A stretch of 62,657 nucleotides of DNA, counting the filler, from Choristocarpus tenellus KU-1152 (taxonomy: Eukaryota; Protista; Phaeophyceae): the NCBI GenBank assembly GCA_964200185.2. It is 10 parts of 10 records of this genome, joined end to end, with 100 filler letters (N's around TTAATTAATTAA, not from the genome) between each part and the next. Parts side by side here need not be neighbours in the genome. Positions count along the whole stretch, not along the records: positions 51,031 to 58,896 come from CAXNAD020005471.1; positions 58,997 to 62,657 come from CAXNAD020018662.1; 8 more parts are not named here. One strand, given 5' to 3'. Below are positions 53,512-62,657 of this stretch, piece after piece (position 1 is the first letter of the stretch; each line of letters opens with the position of its first letter). The notes under the pieces are model-generated. The model worked only from the letters and a program-made list of their open reading frames with translations, was not told the origin of the DNA and made no database searches. A program made the translations under genes and the position numbers.

Positions 53512-54392
53512 CCGTATACAATCTCTTGGGAAAGAAAGCATTGCCCAAACACATCCCCTCGGATCAATTTGTATTCTAAACCCTGGGCGCCACCCCCATT
53601 GCCCTGTCCCCCCATCTATCTATTCTATATCATTGCTTTGTATAAGCATCTTGTGCCATACCGATATAGGGACCACCAAAGGCGTTTCTCTGAGCATCTC
53701 TTGTTAAAACGTTGGGGAAAAGACTGGTGTCTGCGTCACCTGGACTATAGCTGCCACTATCATTGGACCTTTGTCTGTTGGCCATCTCCAGCCCATCCAA
53801 ATCAAATTGTACTCGGGACACACACCTAGTGGAGCAAGATGGAGTGATATGAGGGACTCTTGCCAACCAATACCGGAAAGCAAAGCAGCGATGGCGTTGG
53901 AGCAGGGGCTCGACAACATTGTATTCTTGGTGAGCAAGCTCAGGCACCACACCACCACAATGCTTCTCTGAAGTCAAGAGTGAGACACTTCCACACATTT
54001 ATAAGTTATCCATCCCTGTGTATCCCCAACCCTTTTCCATTTCCATTGGATTTGGCAGAATTTGAATAACATATCTGTTCAAGAGTTTGAGAATACGAAG
54101 GACACAGATACTTCTCTGGCATGGCTAACCTAGCATTTGAGTATTGTCTTCCCCAGTCCCCAATTCCACAACAAAATTTCCACGGACTTCCTGCACGAAT
54201 AGCATTTTCTTGAAGAGATGTGTATACATAATTTGAGCATAAATGGCACAGTAAATTATGCGAACAAGTCAAGCCATGTCCCTCCACATCACAAATATGC
54301 ATAAGATCGATGTACTTGCTGCCCACTAATGTGCCTATTTGAAAATTTGAAAATGCAGTCATAGACAGGATTTCTTCGCCACTGCATTCGTC

Positions 54393-56666
54393 TCACCTAC
54401 CTGTTGCCTTCCTTGAAGGTGTATCTCCGTCATTCCCATTGTCTAGGCCCAATGACTCCTTCTCTGCCCGACATTCCTCATCAGGATCTATAAATCCCCT
54501 TTGTCCAGTTGAGCTCAATACATCCTCGGGTTGTGAAACCTTGCCATCACATGGCATTTTATTTCCTTCCGCATTAGTGCATCCTGAAACATCCAAACGA
54601 CCTCGGCCCCTGTCCTCCCTAGATTTAATTCGATCCCTAACCCTTTCCTCACTATATTTTGTTCCCTCCACATCCACTCGCAGGCCTGTCTTGAAAGCCT
54701 GGTGAAGTACCATGTGCTCCTCTCCACCCTGATGGGTGCGCTTCTGACCCAACAGCACGTTGTTCTTAACACTATTTTGATAGCCCTCTCCTTCCCTGTG
54801 ACTATCGAGGACATGATTGGCATGGTGGTTCCCAATGAAACCATGGATCTCTGGCAACATTGGTTCACACTTTGAATAGTTGTTCTCCCTATGTGACTCT
54901 TCTAGGTGTCCATAATTTTGTGAGGTTGAATGATGCCTATATCCAGTGGAGAGGTGACTACGGCTATTGTGACTGGATGGACTCCGATCACCATGCTTGC
55001 GATGTTGGTGAAGCGTACTACTGGTATTCTTTTCATTTTCATGAGAATTGACATGGCTTCGCAAAGTCCAGCGGTGGTTGCTGTGACTACCGTGGTCAAT
55101 ATCACTAGAAGCGCCCTGACTGACCCGCTCGTGATGGTACCCAGTGCTGAGACTGCGTGAAGGCAATTCTGAGTGCTCTCCTCCTTGATTCATTCTGCTG
55201 CATATCAAGCCTTCATCATCCTGTGGATCACAATGGTGACGAGAACTCCTATGGTGGTCAATATGACCACTGTGACTAGAAGGGCTCTGATCACTATGCT
55301 TGCGATCTTGGTGAGGGTGTCTGCTGGCGTGTTTTTTGTCCCCTTGAGGATTGCCATTGTAATGAGAACTCCTGTGGTGGCTACTGTGACTGCTGTGGCC
55401 AATGTCACTCAAAGTCCCTTGATCAACCCGCTCATGCTGATGCCCAGGGCTGAGACTACGTGAAGGTGATTCTGAGTGCACAACTTGTTGGCTTGTATCC
55501 TTAGAATTGTCTTTATGACGAGAACTCCTGTGGTGACCACTACGACCACTGTGACTGCGGTGACCAATGTCACTAGAAGTCTTATCTGCCCATTCATGAT
55601 GATGCCCAGAACTGAGACTGCGTGAAGGTGATTCCGAGCGTACAACTTGTTGGCTTATTTTGCCGTCCTTCACGCTTCTTTCATCCTCAGAATTGTCTTT
55701 ATGACGAGAACTCCTATGGTGACCACTACGACCACTGTGACCGCGGTGACCAATATCACTAGAAGCACCCTGGTTAACCTGTTCAGGACCATGCCCAGGG
55801 CTGAGACTGCGCAAAGGTGATTCCGAGCACTCCCCTCTTTGACTCTTTCTGCTGGGTTTCACGCTTCCTTCACCTTGTGAGTTGTCACTATGGCAAGAAC
55901 TCCTATGGTGACCACTGTGACCTCTGTGACTAGATGGACTACGATCACCATGCCTGTGATCTTGGTGAGGGTAGCTGCTGGAGAGATTTTTGTCTCCCTG
56001 AGGATTGCCATGGTGACGAGAACTTCTGTGGTGTCTATTGAAACTACTGCGGTCGACATCACTAGAAGTCCCCTGATCACCCCATTCATGGTGGTGCCTA
56101 GAGCGTGGACTGTATGAAGGTGATTCCGAGTGCTTCGCTCGTTCACTCATTGTGATGTGATTCATGCTTCCTTCATCCTGCGAGTTGTCAATGTGACGAG
56201 AACTCCTGTGGTGCCCGCTACGGCCACTGTGACTAGAAGGGCTCCGATCATCATGCTGGCGATGATGATGACGATGGCTACTGGTGTGCTTTTTGTCTTC
56301 CGAAAGACTTCTACCGCAGTGAGAACTCCTGTGGTGGCTACTGTGGCTTCTGTGACCGATGTCGCTAGCATCTTGATCAACCTGTTCATGGTGGTGTCTA
56401 GAGCTGAGACTGTACAGAGGTGGTTCTGAGCGCTCCCCTTTTAGACGAGTTCCGCTAAAAGTCACGCATTCTTCCTCTTGGGGGTCGCCAAGGTGACGAG
56501 AACTTCTATGGTCGACGCTATGCTCACTGCGACTGGAAGGGCTTCGATTACCATGCTGACGATCTTGGCGAGGATGATTAGAGCCGAATTCAGGCAATTC
56601 TGAATTGGCTCTCCCTCCACTGACGTTCCTTTGTTCGATAATCTTGTCATCGCGTGACATTTCCAA
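54393..56666 (-). CDS. Large exon or ORF encoding a His/Ser/Arg/Gly-rich internally repetitive, probably disordered protein region
   Basis: 2.27-kb stop-free frame. About 6 copies of SE.P.RSLS.GH.HE.V.QG.SSDI.H..HS.HHRSS.H interleaved with about 5 of H.D.SPSSH.G...HHRSS.H. Donor-like CAG|GTAGGT at about 54400 just before the stop. Confidence 0.6.
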   Translation of the reverse strand: MEMSRDDKIIEQRNVSGGRANSELPEFGSNHPRQDRQHGNRSPSSRSEHSVDHRSSRHLGDPQEEECVTFSGTRLKGERSEPPLYSLSSRHHHEQVDQDASDIGHRSHSSHHRSSHCGRSLSEDKKHTSSHRHHHRQHDDRSPSSHSGRSGHHRSSRHIDNSQDEGSMNHITMSERAKHSESPSYSPRSRHHHEWGDQGTSSDVDRSSFNRHHRSSRHHGNPQGDKNLSSSYPHQDHRHGDRSPSSHRGHSGHHRSSCHSDNSQGEGSVKPSRKSQRGECSESPLRSLSPGHGPEQVNQGASSDIGHRGHSGRSGHHRSSRHKDNSEDERSVKDGKISQQVVRSESPSRSLSSGHHHEWADKTSSDIGHRSHSGRSGHHRSSRHKDNSKDTSQQVVHSESPSRSLSPGHQHERVDQGTLSDIGHSSHSSHHRSSHYNGNPQGDKKHASRHPHQDRKHSDQSPSSHSGHIDHHRSSRHHCDPQDDEGLICSRMNQGGEHSELPSRSLSTGYHHERVSQGASSDIDHGSHSNHRWTLRSHVNSHENEKNTSSTLHQHRKHGDRSPSSHNSRSHLSTGYRHHSTSQNYGHLEESHRENNYSKCEPMLPEIHGFIGNHHANHVLDSHREGEGYQNSVKNNVLLGQKRTHQGGEEHMVLHQAFKTGLRVDVEGTKYSEERVRDRIKSREDRGRGRLDVSGCTNAEGNKMPCDGKVSQPEDVLSSTGQRGFIDPDEECRAEKESLGLDNGNDGDTPSRKATGR

Positions 56667-57059
56667 AAGAACGACGTTCTTGAGTTTGAATATATCTGCT
56701 GGCGTGGAGAAGGGCTTTATCGGTCGGCCTGTGCGCTAAGGACCTGGAACTTCTTTGTTCACCACTATGACCAAAGCCTGCACCCCCTTTGTGGAGCGGG
56801 CTCCCGTTGTGGTCACCGTCGTTCCTTCCAAATTGGAATCCAAGACCAAGACAATCTCTGACTGCTCGCGAGTAGAATCGATGCTACTAGTGAAATGTCA
56901 AAACACAACTCTAGAATTCATCGATAAGGTAACCGCGCATAGAAAGATAAAATGCTCAGAGACTTGGTTGGCAATAATGGGTTGTTTGAAACGTTGAAAC
57001 TGTAAATTTGTAATTTCTTCCCAATGTTTGTATCAAACCAAGACTAACAGTCTCAACTT

Positions 57060-58480
57060 AATTATTTAAGTTGTCCACATGCCTGAATGATTGACGAGCA
57101 TTGCCGACGTTCAGATCTACCTTGTTCGAGCCATGTCAACTTCAGGTTTCTCTTCGTGGAAATATATTTTCGATATCCAAAGAACGTGGCAAGCCCTACC
57201 AGATTTACCTCGACTACCATGACTCCGTATAGTCCCTCTGTGGCATTTTGCAGGCATTGCCATGGAGGGAAGAAGAAACAAGTAGGGAAACAATACGATG
57301 AACACCACAACAACAGAGACTGGATAACTCGCATTAAAAGGGAGCCTCTTTTGTACACCAAACAGGGTTGTAGTGAATTTGAAAAGAAGAAAACTCGAAA
57401 ACAACCGAGAAACTTACGAAGACACAAAACAGATGAAACAACACTGACCCTGTGTAGGTTGTCTACAAAAAAAGGAAGACTCCCACGAATCGACCAAACT
57501 CCGTCCTGCCCACCAACCTGGTTTCTCTGCCTTCAAGTGCATGAAATCCCTTGAAATGGACACTTGTGCTGTGGCAAACAATGTTTCGCAAGTCGTGCCT
57601 TCGCTGCTCCCTGGTAACCCCCCAAGTCCCCCTACTACCCAGCACATGGGTCGTCAGCTCATCCAGGATTTGTTCATTCTCCTTGTTTGCGAAAAAGTCC
57701 AGATCTTGATCTATCTATCGCAAAAGCTTTGAGGTTAATAAACTTCGGAGGTAAATAGAACCCTTGTAGTGACTGCGCTTCCATGCCTCAGATGCCGCAG
57801 CAGTAACGTCATTGTTCATAAACACGTATTGTAAGTGGCAGTCCGCTTGGAACTCTGAAAAAGCCACCTTGAGCCGTAGATCCTATTACCGATATGGAGC
57901 AGTGGCTGCGTTGAAATGTGCTCCAGCGTGGAATACCGCATCGACACAGAAATCCCAGTCAATCGTGAAGGGGCTTTCATCCTTCAGAGTCCCACGGATC
58001 CATCTGGCTACAGACTCTGCTCACTTGCCTGACTATATAAGTGTATGGAGCCCCCCACTTTTCATTCAGCTCTGGGACATATGTGTCAATGACTAGTCTC
58101 AACACTCTGTCTTCTACATCCAGCTACTGGGCAACCGTTGGAGAATACCTCCTCCACCCCTGAAGACTGGTTCACAATGAGTCGGAATTCCGGGGAAGGA
58201 ATCCGCCTTGCTGGCTCGAGGGGTGAGTGCTTGCGCATGTATTAAACCCTTCTCCACACTAGCTCCTGTGATGCGACGAAGCTATAGCAGAAGGTTCCCC
58301 TCTAGGTCTGGGATCTGCAGGTAGGCTTCCCAGTTGGGTACGGAACATACCAAAGCGGACCTGGTGGAGGAGACAAATGGTCTCACACTGGGACCGTCTG
58401 GGTGTCCTTCCTTTATTAAGCACTGCACGAGTGAGACCGCTGGAGGTTAAGGTGGAGGGGCTATACCACCCCAGTCTACC
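57060..58480 (-). pseudogene. Decayed coding sequence of unknown family upstream of the His-rich ORF
   Basis: Protein-like stretches on the minus strand (e.g. ARWIRGTLKDESPFTIDWDFCVDAVFHAG; DQDLDFFANKENEQILDELTTHVLG) broken by stops and frameshifts, with splice-like sites at about 57415 and 57237. Confidence 0.35.
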
Positions 58481-60004
58481 AAACCCTGGCCATATCGTCG
58501 TGAACAGGTCCTCAGAGGAGAATTCTGCGGATAGTTGAAATGGTCACAGCAAATTCCTCACCAAAAGCCCTCTATTATGTTGCTGGGAAAGTGAGGAGGA
58601 CAACTGAACACTGCTCCTACAAAGTCTGCATGTTAGTAATGGATCAAAGAGGGCAGGCCTAAATCACCTTACGTTTTGGTATCTGGGCTTGGACCTAATA
58701 TTATGTCTCCGAAGGGTCCAAGTATCTGGGGGGGGGGTGTCGGCGTCCGTTTTCACCCTTTTTTCGATTTTCACTTATTGGTGTGATTTCGTCGCACGTG
58801 TCGGAATTGAAATGTCAGGGGGGAAAAGAGTTGCTTGACCGAAACGGACTCCCCCTTAAAAAAAATCCCTCCCCCCCCACACACCATAACTTCATANNNN
58901 NNNNNNNNNNNNNNNNNNNNNNNNNNNNNNNNNNNNNNNNTTAATTAATTAANNNNNNNNNNNNNNNNNNNNNNNNNNNNNNNNNNNNNNNNNNNNCATT
59001 TACAGTATCCATCCGGCGTATGCAACCAAATCACCCCAAAATTCGCGACATAAAAAAATTGACCCCAAATGGAGAGCCGCCACCCCCTCCAAGATGCTTT
59101 CAGCCAAATGATACATGCTTAGTTTGGAGGTTTGCTACCTTGTGTGAAGAAGGTTGTAGACGAAATAACTCTGAATACATCTCGTCCAGTTGTGTATCGA
59201 GCAGACTTAATGTAGAGTGAATTTGTGGTCTAAGTTGGGGGTGATACTAATTTAAAAAATATTCTGTGATAATATATAAAAGAGATTTGAGTCAAATTCT
59301 GAGACATCTCATGTGTACACCCACCGAGATTGTACGTTGTTGAAGAACATATACTAATTTTTTACGGATGTGTCAAGGAAAGATTCAACAAAAACTATTT
59401 GTATTATTATGCCCTCTGACATTTTGCGGATGTATGTGTCAGGGGGGACTAATTCCAAGCATATCACGCGTACCATAGTTACATATACTGAAACAGTACT
59501 CATGCACTCATACCGCGTAGACCGGTAGATTTATGATCTAGTTGCTTACACAAAGGCGACTAGTACTAGTGGACGAATCAACAGTCAACAAGAGTTGGTG
59601 GTACTGTATTGAATTTATGAGCTAAGAAGAGAGTAGCCTATGTTAAATAGATGACATTCTTCCCTGTCGTCAAATTTGTATTATGGGGAGCCAAGGGCTG
59701 TTCTAGAGAGGGATGAGATACTGGAAAAAGACTGCACCGCAGTGCAGTCTATTGTTCCACTCCAGGGAGCTAGGGAGATGTGAAAGATAGGATAATGGAA
59801 GGACACAATATAGGGGGAAATAGTACGGAAGTGGTGGAGGCAGAGCTTGAAGTTGGGGAGGGAAGACTTCACACCTTGGGGTATGAGTTACGCCTTGGGA
59901 GTCAAGTTATCCCATAAGATGGGATTATGAGAGGTTGAGGCCTCATGGTGTGGTGGGTTGAGGTTGTGGAGGAACAAGATGAAGCAGAGGCCATACCCAG
60001 TGAA

Positions 60005-60830
60005 GAAATTCCTAGCTTCAGAGGGTTGGCTCGAGTCAGAACAACTCATGTGAGGAAATTGCTTCCCCTGTCCATGGTGACACACATGCACCACCATAGG
60101 GGGGGTTTAGTGCTGCTAAAATTTAGGAAAATATTGGAGCAGGTATCCATTACAATGCAGTCCATGAATCTGCTGCAGGCAGCAAGGGAGACGTGAAGGA
60201 TGGGGTAGATGGAAGCAGTCTGGTTAGAATCCCTAGTTTCAGAGGGTGCCTAATGTTTAATTGAACAGCTCGTGTGAGGACACAGATTCTCCCTTCCATA
60301 TCAATACACTTCCGACACCATAGTGGGAGTCCGGTGCAGTCCTAAATAACTATAACACTGGAGTGGGGGTCTCCATCACAGTGTAGTCCATGGGCCTGCT
60401 TTAGACAGCAAGGGAGAGACGATCGATACGGTGGATGGACACACAAAATATACGAGGGGTACCCTGAATTGCATTTTAATGATGCCGAAAAATATGTGCA
60501 AAGTTGGCCTTTTTTACAATGCGTGGAGGATATTTTCCAAATTGTGTCGAATATTTGCAAACAAATAGAGAAATCAAACCCCTCAAGTCAGAGTTAGTAC
60601 TTCATTTATAGAAATATGCATGAACTGCAAAATATTGAAATATTGGCTTATATTGCAATACGGTCAAAAACCGGGAACATCTCCTTTATTTAGGCTCATA
60701 ATATAGGAAGGATCCCTGGCTTCAGAGTGTGAGTGTACCTTGGTTTGAACGACTTGTGTGAGGACATGGCTTCTCCCTTCCATGTCACCACAATCCTGCC
60801 ATCAGTCAGTTGGGGAGTCCAGTGACTCTT
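60005..60830. repeat. Three diverged copies of an about 110-bp repeat (about 60005-60115, 60225-60340, 60710-60830)
   Basis: Shared atccct.g.ttcagag.gt...gaac..ct..tgtgagga.a...ttc.ccc.tccat...ggg.gt...gtg. Confidence 0.7.
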
Positions 60831-62489
60831 CCTTCTTCTCCAACCTCATAATGCATAGGCAAGCGCTGCTGCTAATTGTCATGTTACAGGCGCCCAACAG
60901 ATCTCACCTCCACAGGATGTACAACTAAATCCAATTCACAGATTAGCGCACGTCACCTCAGCAGAACAGGAGTACTCTCAGGTGAACCAAGTAGCACAAG
61001 GAAAATAGGTTTATCGATATCAATAAGAGAGAACCGACAAGGTGGGGTCTCTAAGTCAGAAGAACTGAGCCGTTTGGAGCTGTTTTTAGGATCTCTTATC
61101 ATCGTTTATCGTTGGGACTTCTTTTGGTTTACAGACATTGGAATATATCTGAGAACCTTTGCGACCTTTCCATCTGGGAACCCTTGCAACTTTCCCGAGT
61201 TACAGATTTTATTCTGCAACCTTTTAGAAAATAGGAGTTCCCCCTTTTGGCGTGTTCCCCACGTATGTACACTGCTCGCGCCAGTTAAGCGGCGGGAAGA
61301 AATACTCGCGCTATTCGCCTGTAACATGCCCCCCAGCGTGAACCAGGTATACATGTTTCACGCTTACTACAGGCGATTGTCACCAGTTAAGACAATAGAT
61401 ATCATCCATTACCTCAGATCACGCTGCAGCAGCATGAGTTGGTTGCCATCAAACAAAAGAGGGGCTCCAGTTCCAAACTTGCCAGTTGTTTCCAACACAG
61501 GGACCTCGGTTCCAAATTAACCAGATATTTCCAACAAATGATGGACATATCTCTCCCAGTTTCATTTTGAGAATAAGTCCTCAAAAGTCTTAAGACACAG
61601 TCAGAATCAACAATTGTATGGGCTAAGAAGAGTATATATTTTTTATAAAAATATATAACTTCGAGTAGGTCCAGAATCGATCAACAAATATCCATGTTTT
61701 TCTTCGGATAATTTATCCCAAGAGGCACAGAATACTGTGCGAAACTGTTTGCATCTGGGCTATTCTGAATATATACTTGCTACTTCTGAAACATCTTCAA
61801 AAGTTGCAAAAACATACATCTCTGACATGGCCTAGAATGAATGGGACTCCAGTTCCGATCACTCCAATAACAAATGTGATTAATTCCTCTCCACATTTTT
61901 TTTTAAAGGGTCCGTTCACAAGGTCACAGGATGTAATCTTATTCCAATAGCGTCTGCCTAATCTAAGTATACCTGTTTCTTCTGAACTGGGACTTCAAAA
62001 TAAAAAAATGAGAAACTAAAAACAAAAATAAAAGAATGTATCCTATATAAAAACGTTTACTACAAGTGATTGTCACTGGTGAAGGCAATAGACATCATCA
62101 ATCGCCTCAGATCATCCTGTAGCAGGGAGAAGGAAGAGTAAAAAATATGCCTAACTCCTACTAGGCCTAAGCATGTATCCCTATCATACTTGGAGATCTC
62201 TGTCTGCGTCTAGCCCAACATGAGGATATATTCATTCTCTCTAAAGTACAGCTTCCCTAGAGTGCCAAGTATCGTTTGATTATTGCCTGTCTCATGCCCC
62301 CCAGCACGAAGCATACTGACAGGCAATAACATCAACGCCGGCCTCTAACAGAAACGAAAAGAAAAGGGAGAAGAAGAAGAAAAAAAAGGTAAAAAATGAA
62401 TAGGGAAAAAATATAAAATAGTAACGAAAAAGAGAAAAGGAAAGAGGGAATAAAGAGAAAAAAGAAAGAATAATATATGTATCACTGTG

Positions 62490-62657
62490 GACCGTAATCT
62501 TCGCATGGATCTGATGTTTCACGCAGGGGCACTAGCAGATGCTGAAACTGCTCCCTACAGGGACAAAGGTCTCCTCCTGGACATCACCTTCGCAGAGGTA
62601 CAGGCCACCTCCCACCTCACCCATTCACCCGCCAGCAATGGTGTAGCTGCTGCTGCA
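62490..62657 (+). mobile_element. CRE-like non-LTR retrotransposon, C-terminal restriction-like endonuclease fragment (runs off the window)
   Basis: DRNLRMDLMFHAGALADAETAPYRDKGLLLDITFAEVQA...NGVAAAA matches the 'LRMD.....G.L.DA....YR.K..LLD(V/I)T.A..QA......G.AA' PD-(D/E)xK motif I recognise from brown-algal LINEs. Confidence 0.7.

Noticed and set aside
60876-61520. 214-aa plus-strand ORF
   Set aside because: No recognisable motif, non-ATG start, no clear splice sites; likely part of a decayed element.

Overview
Eukaryotic, intron-rich, transposon-saturated DNA, most consistent with a brown alga or a close ochrophyte relative. This is an inference from phytoene synthase plus long GT-AG introns, and from a CRE-type LINE endonuclease motif and a mariner motif that I recognise from stramenopiles. 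The window is not contiguous. It is ten short contigs (1-2969, 3070-7390, 7491-10761, 10862-30362, 30463-36341, 36442-40564, 40665-47897, 47998-50930, 51031-58896, 58997-62657) joined by artificial 100-bp linkers (44N-TTAATTAATTAA-44N), so neighbourhood across linkers carries no information. Three host genes can be rebuilt exon by exon with consistent splice phases: phytoene synthase (3' exons), a KDM5/JARID-type JmjC histone demethylase (internal exons) and RPA32/RPA2 (last two exons). Most of the rest is decayed mobile DNA: a chromodomain-bearing Ty3/gypsy element with LTRs, copia, mariner, hAT, CRE-LINE and SINE-like remnants, satellites, and a very abundant MITE family with 3-4 bp target-site duplications. 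The most unusual items are a spliced, decaying gene with a ParB/sulfiredoxin-like domain (key exon missed by the ORF track), the MITE family with atypical termini, a dispersed hairpin element, and an intact 757-aa His/Ser/Arg repeat ORF inside decayed flanks.
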